From: Candidatus Heimdallarchaeota archaeon
GTDB lineage: Archaea; Asgardarchaeota; Heimdallarchaeia; JABLTI01
Reading direction: 5' to 3'
Length of the DNA: 64,000 nucleotides
Assembly: GCA_019058275.1 (NCBI GenBank)
Contig: JAHLVW010000094.1
Span: 91,070 to 155,069, forward strand
This document shows, in pieces, positions 55,501 to 64,000 of this stretch (position 1 is the first letter of the stretch; every line of letters begins with the position of its first letter). Under the pieces are notes generated by a model that did not search any database, was not told the origin of the DNA, and was given only the letters and a program-made list of their open reading frames with translations. Made by a program: the position numbers and the translations under genes.

Positions 55501-56684
55501 TTTCTGCTGATCCGGCAGGAAAAATAATCTTTATTAATCCTGCGGTAGAGCGAGTTTTTGGGTATAAAGTTGAAGAACTTGTTGGTCAACATATGTCTAT
55601 ACTTGTACCTCCTGAACAGGAAGTACAGCTAAAAGAAATATTAGAAGAAGTCATGAAAATAGGTAAATTAACTGTAAATACTATTAGAAAACATAAAGAT
55701 GGTTCACTTATTCCTGTTGTAATTAATATAACAACAGATAGAGACGAATCAGGTAAATTACTTTCAATTAATGGAATAATTGTTGATATCAGTAACATAA
55801 AAAGACTAGAAGAATCCTTAAGAAGTCGTTATCATGAATTTGAGGTACTAAACAAAGTTATTTCAGCTGGTTACTGTGCAAATAATCTAGATCAATTTTT
55901 TGATTTTGCATTGGATACAATGTTAAATTCTCTTGATTTTACAGGTGGAGCAATTTATCTGATTGATGATAATGTAAAGCAAGCTGAAATTAAGAGATCA
56001 ATTGGTTTGCCAAAAATATTGCTTAAAAATATTCAAAACGTATCGATAGATTCACCACAATTCAAACGTCTTTTTGTCAGCGGCGAAACAGTTGTATTAG
56101 AGAATTTTACAAAAGTTGAACAACTACATGATTCCTTAGGTGTTAAGTCTCTTATATCTGTACCATTTTTCTCTAAACAAAAAATTATAGGTGCATTAAT
56201 GCTAATCTCTAATGAAAAACGAGCAATAACTGATGAAGACAAACGTATTCTAGAAGCAATTGGTAGAGATACAGGGACAGCAATAGCGAAATTTAAGGCC
56301 GAAGAAGAATTGATTTCAGAACAATTCAACCTTACAAAAATATTCGATGCCCTTGAAGATATGCTATTGGTTCTTGATATTAAAACTGGCAGAATTGTAC
56401 TAGTAAACAAAGCAGCACAGAAGACTCTAGGCTTCTCAGAGAAGCAATTAACAAAAATGACTTTAGTAGATTTGCATCCTGATGGAGCAAAAGATGAAAA
56501 CCTTGAAAAAATGTTAAAATTAGCTAGAAAGAAAAACCAAGAATTTAAGATGAATATTCAAAGTAAAGATGGTGGAATAATAGCTTGTAGCATTTCTATT
56601 TATCATTATATCTATGAGAACCGCGATGTTATGGTTTGTATCTTAAAAAAATGCGATGCTTTATATAAAGCTCCTAATTCTTAA
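52506..56684 (+). CDS. REC-PAS-GAF multidomain signalling protein lacking a kinase or output domain
   Basis: LHLED/ADY/DYVIKS receiver; ~6 PAS and 3 GAF domains; ends in PAS; no H-box or HATPase motifs. Confidence 0.9.
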   Translation: MKSQIKILHLEDNENDAMLVKETLLMKDINCEIIHVDNKTDFIENLEKQSFDIILADYNLPSFDGLAALELGVQLAPNVPFIFVSGVLGEELAIETLKRGATDYVIKSRLERLVPAVERALRELEDKAQRIRLEREIVELEQMIGELKGIYDQLTKRVRGFLKIELPSGKYSIVDKFLEDLSGYQIKDWQETPNFISQLIHPDFKENYIENIEQFKDGIVPKMLEYKIMRKDGEERWWLQFNIGAFDAQGKLTSVSAVIIDNTEDKETQEKYQDLFENALTGMFRSDIKTGEIFEANEKMAQILGCSSVEEFKKYKATDFYSDINVRKELIENLRDKGINEEFQVQMNRVDGSTIWVSESIRIYPDEGYLQGLLVDITERKLAENALKRDRKAFQIIADASVHAKTTEELSKIILDGLVDTFDFDAGTFRSYNKESQMLNPIAISGIEEDKKEKIPPISITNEKHVGALVGRTKRAIFAPDVLKNDATKDIKPQLDSYHVRSNITWPILTAEDELIGVLQLVSQTPKEIPEKDRSLFETIADMLASALELKKADEALRESEEKFRAFAEQSLFGVSLTSVDGDFIFLNDEIIKISEFSREEFHSVKVGDIIRQIFKDEDLNRLRKQIQLTMEEELKASPIEEYQITSKSGKIKWVSIHLTQIKIKEEYVTGIVILEITEQKRAQLTLERERKAFHMLAEAIVNAKDISDLCQRILAGLTETMHYAVGTFRIYDKDTRTLYPIAMVLEEVERQRLIQPLSIDDPTYLNTYVAKTKEPVFAPNVSKHSLAKQFQKRLNRFRAKSIITWPILNATDELLGTIQLVAHQPKEIPEEDRFFFETIVRFLASALEKVWSEEALHESQELYRRLIETSPFAIINTDLEGDILMVNHQALHTFTISDESDIIGKNFFDFISKEERKKAKLDVKIAANSGVLRNIEYLMLTRTGKSFPFETSISVILNEEQKAESFIFIGQNIALRKDIEERQKRLTNIIEHSEQVVISADPAGKIIFINPAVERVFGYKVEELVGQHMSILVPPEQEVQLKEILEEVMKIGKLTVNTIRKHKDGSLIPVVINITTDRDESGKLLSINGIIVDISNIKRLEESLRSRYHEFEVLNKVISAGYCANNLDQFFDFALDTMLNSLDFTGGAIYLIDDNVKQAEIKRSIGLPKILLKNIQNVSIDSPQFKRLFVSGETVVLENFTKVEQLHDSLGVKSLISVPFFSKQKIIGALMLISNEKRAITDEDKRILEAIGRDTGTAIAKFKAEEELISEQFNLTKIFDALEDMLLVLDIKTGRIVLVNKAAQKTLGFSEKQLTKMTLVDLHPDGAKDENLEKMLKLARKKNQEFKMNIQSKDGGIIACSISIYHYIYENRDVMVCILKKCDALYKAPNS

Positions 56685-57571
56685 GTTAGATTTGTTTCTT
56701 TACAACCAATGGCTCGAGATAATACAATTAACCTTGGTATATTTGTAGGGAGAATTACTATATTACATTTAATGATTTTAATTATGGTCTTTAGAAAGAG
56801 CTCTTGATTAACATCCTTAGCGAATTCAAGTTTATCTATGCCATAAAAGATGACACCTCTATCACCCAAAACCTCTAGGTCCTGTTTTGAAATGAAAAGT
56901 TCTTCTTCTAAGGTAACAACTAAGACCTCTCTTTCGCCTATAGAGCTTAAAGATTCAGATATTTCAAAGGCAGGTAAAACATTTGCAAGAATTTGAGAGA
57001 AATATTCACCGGTTGTTTTTCCTTCAGTTTTTGCCTTAGAAACAAAATTACTATACAATTTACTAGATACATTGCGAATCGTGATGTCTTTCAATTGACC
57101 TTTGTCAGATGGATGAATGTATTTTTTCCTTCTTCTAATTATTCCTAATTGAATCAATTTAGGTATGTCACTGAGATATTTTACAATACTTCCAGAGATA
57201 ATTTTAACATGCTTGACTAGTGTTGTAGCATCTACATCCTTATCAAAAATTAATTCTTTAATATTTTTAAAAAGATAGATTGTTTTTTCACCAGCAGCTG
57301 TAAGATCTTTTTTAGTAACAATTAACTTCTCCAGGTCAGCTATTTTTTCAGGTGTTACTCCAAACCTTGGCATTCTCGCATGCCTTCTGAAGTGATGTAT
57401 TCTCCAAGGTTGATCTGCTAAATGTAAAATGTTATTCAAAGCATCACCAGTAGATAATCCGTGTTTTTTACCATGTGTGGTGAATCTCTCATATAATTCC
57501 TTGTTTACACCACGTAATGTGATATCTTTCTTATCTTCTGAATCATCGAATTCTCTTTTTATAACAAACAT
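56681..57571 (-). CDS. Protein with an internally duplicated RHH-like plus beta-rich unit; possible regulator
   Basis: DITLRGVNKELYERF...TGD and DITIRNVSSKLYSNF...TGE repeats; start re-assigned to ATG 57571. Confidence 0.65.
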   Translation of the reverse strand: MFVIKREFDDSEDKKDITLRGVNKELYERFTTHGKKHGLSTGDALNNILHLADQPWRIHHFRRHARMPRFGVTPEKIADLEKLIVTKKDLTAAGEKTIYLFKNIKELIFDKDVDATTLVKHVKIISGSIVKYLSDIPKLIQLGIIRRRKKYIHPSDKGQLKDITIRNVSSKLYSNFVSKAKTEGKTTGEYFSQILANVLPAFEISESLSSIGEREVLVVTLEEELFISKQDLEVLGDRGVIFYGIDKLEFAKDVNQELFLKTIIKIIKCNIVILPTNIPRLIVLSRAIGCKETNLT

Positions 57572-57716
57572 TCTACATTCCTGCTGTGAACTACATAATG
57601 TATTCTTTGTGTGATATTTTAATCTTTTGTTTGATTTAACAAAAAAGTTAAATATGTGTGATTTGTATGACATACCTAGTTGGCTTTAAAAGAAAAAAAA
57701 TTAAGGAGTACAATCA

Positions 57717-59591
57717 ATGGCAACAAAGAATGCTGAATTCAGTTCGAAGCTAAATAGTAATGGTAAAATGCTGCTGGCAATTGAAAAATACAAATCTGCA
57801 GGACAATGGTTTTGGTCTGGGTTAATTAGGTATCCAAGGTTAATGATTCCTTCTTGGGTTACTTTGTTGATAAATTCAGTTTTATCAGTAACACCCAGTA
57901 TTCTAATGGGTCTTGCAATAGACATATTTATAGTAGAAGGTTACGGAAGAAATTTCATTATTGTACTTGTTTCAATGATTGGTGCTGCACTTTTAAGTTG
58001 GGTAACATCCTTCTTGAGTGCTTATTTATGGGGCTTAGCGAGCTACCGATTTGAACGAGATATAAGACAGGAGTTCTTTGATGTAATACAAGAACATTCA
58101 ATGGCTTTTCATGATGAGCACGATTCTGGAGTCCTTCTATCAATGGGCATGAACGAAACTGCTCAGATGCGTTTTGCTTTCCATCCCTCAATGAGGCATT
58201 TGATAAACTCAATGTTAAGCATTATTTTGGTTACCACTTATTTCTTTATTAGAATAACAATTGGATCTAATGAAATTGGTATAGGAAATTGGCAAATAGG
58301 TTTAGGTGTATGCTTTAGCTTTATTATCTACCTAATTCTAGCATGGCGTTATGCAGCAAGAATTGGTCCGATTCGTAGAGAATTGGCTACAGAATTAGGT
58401 AATGTTTCTTCAACATCGCAAGAGACTTTTAGAGGTATGGATGTTGTACGCTCTTTTGATAATGAAAATGTAGAAGAAGAAAAGTTCAATATCCAAAGCT
58501 CACGTCTTGCTGAGAGAACAAAACAAGAAGGATATATTACCGCTTTCTATTGGCCTGCTGTAATCATGGTTGCTTTTACTGGCGCTGCTTTTGGTATTGG
58601 TATTTGGATGGTTACTAGCAGTTCTGGTATAATGACAGCTGGGCAACTAACTGCAATGTTAACTTTACTGATACAACTAATGACTCTTAATTTCATGATA
58701 CCAATGAGATTATTATCTCTTCAAGCCGGTTTGGTCAATGCCAGCCGTATTTGGAAAGTAATGACTTATCATGATCCCTTGGTAGAACCTAAGGAATCTG
58801 CTGATGTAGATTGGACCGGAGATTTAGCATTTGATAATGTATCTTTCTCCTATCCAGGAAAGGCAAAAATGGTTCTAGAAGATGTTTCATTCAAAATCCC
58901 AACAGGTTCTCGGGTAGCATTGCTAGGAGGTCCCGGTTCAGGAAAAAGCACAATTCTTAAATTACTTTTGCGGTTTTATGATCCAACCTTTGGCTCTATA
59001 CAGTTAAATGGTTCAACATTTGCAGACATGCGTACTTTTGATATACGAAAAGATGTAACACTCGTAGAACAAGATATCTTTCTTTTCGGAGCTTCTTTCA
59101 AAGGGAATATTATGTTCTCCAAACCTGAAGCTACAATGGATGAAGTTAAGACTGCAGCACAAAGAGCTCAAATTAGTAAATTTATCGAATCCACACCTGA
59201 AGGATATGAAACTATAGTTGGCGAAAGAGGTGTAACATTATCTGGTGGACAAAAACAACGAATTGCTATCGCTCGTGCACTCCTAGCAAATCCAAAATTA
59301 TTACTACTGGATGATTCGACTTCTGCAGTAGATATTAAGACTGAAGTAAAGTTGCGTGTAGCAATGGAGGAGCTTATCAAAGGAAGAACATCAATTACGG
59401 TAACTCAAAGATTATCAACCCTCGTTGATTCTGATTTGATTATTTTTCTAGACAAAGGTAAGGTCATAGATGTTGGAAAACACAAAGAGCTGCTAGAAAG
59501 ATGCAAAAAATATCAGTTTATGCTAAGTTTACTGCCTGTTGGTGCTGAACTGATAGGTGATAAGATGAAAAATTTTGGAGGTAACAACTAA
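57717..59591 (+). CDS. ABC exporter, fused TMD-NBD (heterodimer subunit, degenerate site)
   Basis: GGPGSGKS, LSGGQKQ, LLLDDSTS (non-canonical Walker B), TQR in place of the H-loop. Confidence 0.93.
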   Translation: MATKNAEFSSKLNSNGKMLLAIEKYKSAGQWFWSGLIRYPRLMIPSWVTLLINSVLSVTPSILMGLAIDIFIVEGYGRNFIIVLVSMIGAALLSWVTSFLSAYLWGLASYRFERDIRQEFFDVIQEHSMAFHDEHDSGVLLSMGMNETAQMRFAFHPSMRHLINSMLSIILVTTYFFIRITIGSNEIGIGNWQIGLGVCFSFIIYLILAWRYAARIGPIRRELATELGNVSSTSQETFRGMDVVRSFDNENVEEEKFNIQSSRLAERTKQEGYITAFYWPAVIMVAFTGAAFGIGIWMVTSSSGIMTAGQLTAMLTLLIQLMTLNFMIPMRLLSLQAGLVNASRIWKVMTYHDPLVEPKESADVDWTGDLAFDNVSFSYPGKAKMVLEDVSFKIPTGSRVALLGGPGSGKSTILKLLLRFYDPTFGSIQLNGSTFADMRTFDIRKDVTLVEQDIFLFGASFKGNIMFSKPEATMDEVKTAAQRAQISKFIESTPEGYETIVGERGVTLSGGQKQRIAIARALLANPKLLLLDDSTSAVDIKTEVKLRVAMEELIKGRTSITVTQRLSTLVDSDLIIFLDKGKVIDVGKHKELLERCKKYQFMLSLLPVGAELIGDKMKNFGGNN

Positions 59592-61639
59592 TGGCAATGC
59601 GACATGGCGGTATAGGTCGAAGATTAGCTGTAGAAACGAAGAAAGCAACACGACCGTTAAGAGTTCTCTTGAAAGCTTTAGCTGGTTTTCTAAAGAACTA
59701 CAATAGATTACTAATTATAGCAGCTGTTCTTAGCTTAGTGTATGCTGGAACACAATTAATCAATCCATTAATTCTATCAAAGGGAATCGATGCAGTGGAT
59801 CCTAGAATTACAGATCCTATAATGTTCTTTGGACTAAATCTACTCGAGATGAGTGGTAAGAACTTAGCCATTATGTTTAGTCTTATCTACATTTCATTTG
59901 GAATCCTTGGTTTTATACTAAATTCATTTTCAACTAGAGTTCTGTCAAAAGTAGGAGCATATCTTGTAAATGATATTAGAATGCTTGTTTATAACAAGCT
60001 CATAAATTCCTCAATGAGTTACATAAAGTCAGAGCAAAGTGGTAATGTAACAGCAAGAATAACAGGTGACACATCAGAAATAGCAACAGGAATACAAGTT
60101 TTCATTACAATAGCTGTACAAATAATCCTCTTTATCGCTACATTCGTTTTAGTTTTAGTGCTAGCAGGATGGCAAGTAATACTAATCTGTTTAGCATCAA
60201 TTCCTTTCGCATTATTGCTAAGTGGAGTATTAAGCACTGTAGGAAGAAGAATTATCTTAAAAATACGACAAGCATTTGGTATTGTATCTGGTAAGATGGC
60301 TGAAAGCTTAGCTGGAGTCGCTGTAAGCAAATCATTCAATCAAGAAGAAAATCTCTCAAATCAAATGCGAGTTTTAAACCAACAGCATTACGACATGAGT
60401 AAGAAATTCGGGCTTATGATGAATTTTATGATGCCACTTATTTCAACAATAAGCGCACTTGTTACTACAGCTATTCTCTGGGTTGGAGGTGCAATTGACA
60501 TGTCAATAGGACAAATCTTCCTAGGAACAGCTTTAGCTGCTCAGTTTCTCAGACCGGTAACACATCTCTCAATGATGTTCCCACAACTGCAAACTTCTCT
60601 TGGAGCATTAGACAGAGTGCTGGATGTAGTAGAAGCTACTCCTGCACTAAAAGATGCACCAGATGCAGAACCATTAAAAGAAAATTACTCTGTCAAATTT
60701 GAGAACGTTTGGTTTGCATATGAAGATGATAACTATGTCATCAAGGATGTCAGTTTTGATGTGAAAGAAGGAGAAACTATAGCCCTAGCTGGGCATACTG
60801 GCGCTGGTAAGACCACTATTGCTAGCATGTTACTTACAAGGTTTTACGATGTTGATAAGGGTACGATCAAAATTGGTGATCAAGAAATTCGTCAAATACA
60901 ACAAAACACACTAAGACAATCTTTAGGGCTTATCCCACAAGAACCATTTCTGTTTACAGCAACAGTTCTTGATAATATCAAATATGGTAAACCAGATGCA
61001 ACTGAAGAAGAAATCTATAAAATTTGTAAGATAATTGGTGCTGATACCTTTATTGAAGCATTACCAGAAGGATACAATACGATGGTTCGTGAAGGTGGAA
61101 AGCAACTAAGCGCTGGTCAAAGACAGATTATTACCATTGCAAGAGCAATGTTATCTGATCCAAAGATCCTCATCCTAGATGAAGCAACATCAAGATTAGA
61201 TGCATATTCTGAGTCATTGGTTCAAAACGCTCAAAGAATACTATTCGAAAACAGAACAACCTTTGTAATCGCACATCGTCTATCAACAATACATGATGCA
61301 AACAAAATAATTGTCTTTGAAAATGGTGAATTAATTGAAATGGGAAACCATAACGAGCTTATGAAGGAAGAAGGCATTTACGCAGATCTTTACAATACTT
61401 ACTATTCATTCCAAGGAATAGAATCAATCGATGTTGAAGCTTACCTTGATGAAGAAGAAGAAATTGAACTATCTCCAATGGTTATTATAGCTATGATGCA
61501 AAAAGGACCAGAAGGTCATGTCAAAATTAAGAAGCTAATAGACGAAGGAAAAATAACTATGGAAGAAGTACAAAAAGCTACGATGATGATGAAAAAAGAT
61601 GGTAAAATAAAAATGCCTTCAGGACAAAGTTCTCATTAA
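59591..61639 (+). CDS. ABC exporter, fused TMD-NBD (heterodimer subunit, consensus catalytic residues)
   Basis: GHTGAGKT, LSAGQRQ, ILDEATS, IAHRLST. Confidence 0.93.
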   Translation: MAMRHGGIGRRLAVETKKATRPLRVLLKALAGFLKNYNRLLIIAAVLSLVYAGTQLINPLILSKGIDAVDPRITDPIMFFGLNLLEMSGKNLAIMFSLIYISFGILGFILNSFSTRVLSKVGAYLVNDIRMLVYNKLINSSMSYIKSEQSGNVTARITGDTSEIATGIQVFITIAVQIILFIATFVLVLVLAGWQVILICLASIPFALLLSGVLSTVGRRIILKIRQAFGIVSGKMAESLAGVAVSKSFNQEENLSNQMRVLNQQHYDMSKKFGLMMNFMMPLISTISALVTTAILWVGGAIDMSIGQIFLGTALAAQFLRPVTHLSMMFPQLQTSLGALDRVLDVVEATPALKDAPDAEPLKENYSVKFENVWFAYEDDNYVIKDVSFDVKEGETIALAGHTGAGKTTIASMLLTRFYDVDKGTIKIGDQEIRQIQQNTLRQSLGLIPQEPFLFTATVLDNIKYGKPDATEEEIYKICKIIGADTFIEALPEGYNTMVREGGKQLSAGQRQIITIARAMLSDPKILILDEATSRLDAYSESLVQNAQRILFENRTTFVIAHRLSTIHDANKIIVFENGELIEMGNHNELMKEEGIYADLYNTYYSFQGIESIDVEAYLDEEEEIELSPMVIIAMMQKGPEGHVKIKKLIDEGKITMEEVQKATMMMKKDGKIKMPSGQSSH

Positions 61640-61663
61640 CTTGACTAATGGGATAAATTTCCT

Positions 61664-62509
61664 TTAGTCAATTCCTTTCATTTTCTTCATTATTTCATCC
61701 ATTAATTTTTGGCTTCCACATAAAATGAAGTTAATATTTTCATTAGCTTTTAGGATAGGATTGAAGATAGTATTATAAAATGACTTTATTTTTGCACCAC
61801 TTTCCTCGCAAATGAAAAGGGCTGGTGTATGTACTGCAGAGAATTTTTCTCTAATATCTATCATTGCTTCTATCTTTCCTGAAGCAACGTATATAATATC
61901 TAATATGTTTGCACCAAATCTTCTTGTCCCTCGACAGTGTTTTAGAACCTTTAATACAGTAGAAACTACATCTTCCCTATTTCGATACGCTCTATCCAAA
62001 TCAAATGCAATCATAGCTCTTTCTAATTTTAATTCCTTAGAAGGATTTATCGGGTTATCTTTTTCATCAAATGCTCCTTTTCCTTTCAATGCATAATAGA
62101 ATTCATTAGAATGAAATGAACGGCAAGATGCAATCAAAATATCATTAAAGAAAGCATCATTTTTCTCAAGTTTTGCAATTGCTATACCATAACATGTTAA
62201 AGGTATTCTTCTACGATAATTGTTTGACCCATCCAAAGGATCAGCTATAACTAGATATTCAGGATTTTTTGCTAATACAGTTCTTCCTTTCTCTTCTGCT
62301 TCAATTATGCAAGGTATTTCTTTCTTTTTAAAAAAATCAATAATGATATCTTCTAATAATAAATCTATAACCAGTGAACGATGACCTGAAGCATTAACAA
62401 AATCTGTTTTCTCTAATACAGAATCATCATTTAATTTCTCAAAATATACTGAAACCAATTTTTTGTCCAGTTCTTTTAGTAGTTTTAGAAATTCTTGCAA
62501 TGAGCCCAC
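61664..62509 (-). CDS. Inositol monophosphatase / FBPase family protein
   Basis: EE, DPLDGSNNY, KGKGAF, RRFGA..LD...VASG. Confidence 0.9.
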   Translation of the reverse strand: MGSLQEFLKLLKELDKKLVSVYFEKLNDDSVLEKTDFVNASGHRSLVIDLLLEDIIIDFFKKKEIPCIIEAEEKGRTVLAKNPEYLVIADPLDGSNNYRRRIPLTCYGIAIAKLEKNDAFFNDILIASCRSFHSNEFYYALKGKGAFDEKDNPINPSKELKLERAMIAFDLDRAYRNREDVVSTVLKVLKHCRGTRRFGANILDIIYVASGKIEAMIDIREKFSAVHTPALFICEESGAKIKSFYNTIFNPILKANENINFILCGSQKLMDEIMKKMKGID

Positions 62510-62643
62510 CTAATATAACTTATAAGTCATAATATGTTTTTCATTGACAAATCTTTTGTTTAAATCCTTTTAAGTGAGAATAGTTTTTTTAATAGCATTA
62601 AGCATTTGTTGTTTTTGCTAGAAGCACTTCAGGAGGATTTTGA

Positions 62644-63681
62644 TTGGAAGAAGGCAAACTACCCATTGATCTGTTGGATAAATTGATTGCTACTGATATA
62701 AAGGGAATTCAAGGTGTTATACAAGGTCCACAAGTTGGCTGCGATGTTGCTGTTATAGATTATATTCAAGCTATTAAAAGAGCTCAACAATTTTACAGTA
62801 GCAAAGAAAAGGTCTATGTTGTGTTTAAAACTGATCCAATAACCTTTCCTACCCATAATCCTGGTCGATATTCTGTTGTTGTCAATGCAAATGATGTAGT
62901 AACAAGTGGAGCTATTCCATATGGTTTCAATGCAATTATCATTCTTCCTCTTAACAGCTCGTCCGATCAAGTATTCCAAATACAAAAAGACATACGTGAG
63001 GTTTGTTCTAAGATGAACATTGCTGTTCTAGGTGGGCATACAGAAATATCCTCATCTGTTAATACTCCGATTGTTTCTGGTGCTATGTTGGGTTTTGTCC
63101 CTAAGGATTACTATGTTCCTCGAGAGATTACCAAAGGAGATGTAATGTTATGCGTCGGTTGGTGTATGAAAGAGGGAGCAGGGATCATTGCTAGTGAAGG
63201 ATATGAGAAACTCGTAAAAAAGATGTCAGAATCTACTTTAGAGAAATTAATCAAACTAGGTAGTGAAATTTCTATTGTTGATAGTGCACTTGATATCAAC
63301 AAAAATTACCAACCCGGTTTAATGCATGATGCTACAGAGGGAGGTATACTGGGAGCAGCTTATGAGACAATCGCTCCTGAAGGATGTGGGTTGGAATTGG
63401 AATCCGAGAAATTCCCTTTTACGAAGGAAACTCTTGAGTTGTGTGAGATTTTAGGGGTAAATCCATTCAGAGTAATCTCATCAGGAACGTTATTAGTTGT
63501 AACTACTGAAGAAAAAGCTAGTGAATTAAAAAAGAGCTCCACTGAAAAAATACCTATAGCTAAAATTGGTAAGATTACTACAAAAGAAAAGAACATTACA
63601 CTTGATGGAAAAAAAATCCAATCACCAGGACCAGATGCAATTATAGGTGCTTTAAAAAAATTAGAAGAAGACGATTTTTAA
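62644..63681 (+). CDS. AIR synthase-related (HypE/PurM-like) protein
   Basis: GKLP, TDPIT, NANDV, GGHTE, MHDATEGG, ISSGTLL. Confidence 0.9.
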   Translation: MEEGKLPIDLLDKLIATDIKGIQGVIQGPQVGCDVAVIDYIQAIKRAQQFYSSKEKVYVVFKTDPITFPTHNPGRYSVVVNANDVVTSGAIPYGFNAIIILPLNSSSDQVFQIQKDIREVCSKMNIAVLGGHTEISSSVNTPIVSGAMLGFVPKDYYVPREITKGDVMLCVGWCMKEGAGIIASEGYEKLVKKMSESTLEKLIKLGSEISIVDSALDINKNYQPGLMHDATEGGILGAAYETIAPEGCGLELESEKFPFTKETLELCEILGVNPFRVISSGTLLVVTTEEKASELKKSSTEKIPIAKIGKITTKEKNITLDGKKIQSPGPDAIIGALKKLEEDDF

Positions 63682-63705
63682 TTCATCTTCACTCTTAAGT
63701 TTTTA

Positions 63706-63999
63706 TTAATCAAGTAATCGTTTTTGTCCTTCTATCTTTTGGATTTCAGTAATATCTTGGGATACTTCTAAACAACCTAGATATTTACCTTCTTTATTAT
63801 GAACTGCAAAGTAACGTATGTATATTTTTTGCTCATCTAAGTCTATCCAAAATTCTGCTGTCTTTCGTTTTCCTTTTCGAAAGTCATCTAGAATTTGGCT
63901 GACTACATGAACACTTTTTTGTGGGTGGCAGTTCTGAACACTTCTACCAATTACTGCTTTTGTTCTGACGAAGATTCTTTCATCACCTCTACTGAAATA
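63706..63999 (-). CDS. PAS (PAS_10/DUF438-type) domain protein, C-terminal part (runs off window end)
   Basis: Manual translation YFSRGDERIFVRTKAVIGRSVQNCHPQKSVHVV...AEFWI...IRYFAV...YLGCLEVSQDIT...KRLLD*. Confidence 0.88.
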   Translation of the reverse strand, partial: YFSRGDERIFVRTKAVIGRSVQNCHPQKSVHVVSQILDDFRKGKRKTAEFWIDLDEQKIYIRYFAVHNKEGKYLGCLEVSQDITEIQKIEGQKRLLD

Positions 64000-64000
64000 G

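Noticed and set aside
1-64000. tRNA or rRNA genes
   Set aside because: No GC-rich structured segments or tRNA T-loop/cloverleaf patterns were recognised in intergenic DNA

Overview
This is an AT-rich archaeal genomic window, most likely from an Asgard archaeon (Heimdallarchaeia-like). That assignment is inferred from Cdc48, Snf7/ESCRT-III, longin-like and V4R/Bet3-like genes. The backbone is housekeeping and metabolic: ABC transporters, cysS, cdc48, HerA-like ATPase, larC, ADP-forming acyl-CoA synthetase, M42 peptidase, tldD/E, an arsenic cluster, REC-PAS-GAF sensors, IMPase and an AIR-synthase-like gene. The highlight is a ~10.4 kb accessory island (about 8450-18850) holding a CRISPR-array-less, Cas-derived system. 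Its left part is a Cas7-like RAMP translationally coupled to a compact Cas5-like RAMP fused to a Cas10-type circularly permuted HD nuclease. It has a possible structured RNA at its 3' end and a divergent AbrB regulator. Its right part is a ~664-aa wHTH/Cys-rich/Cas1-like integrase, split in the ORF track by a -1 frameshift, plus HTH proteins and a Cas4-like nuclease. A free-standing LAGLIDADG-HTH gene and a TIGR04255/PemK-like three-gene cassette lie between the two parts. About ten frameshifts or in-frame stops break otherwise coherent genes and could be assembly errors or real decay. All family calls come from motif recognition by eye; no database searches were run.
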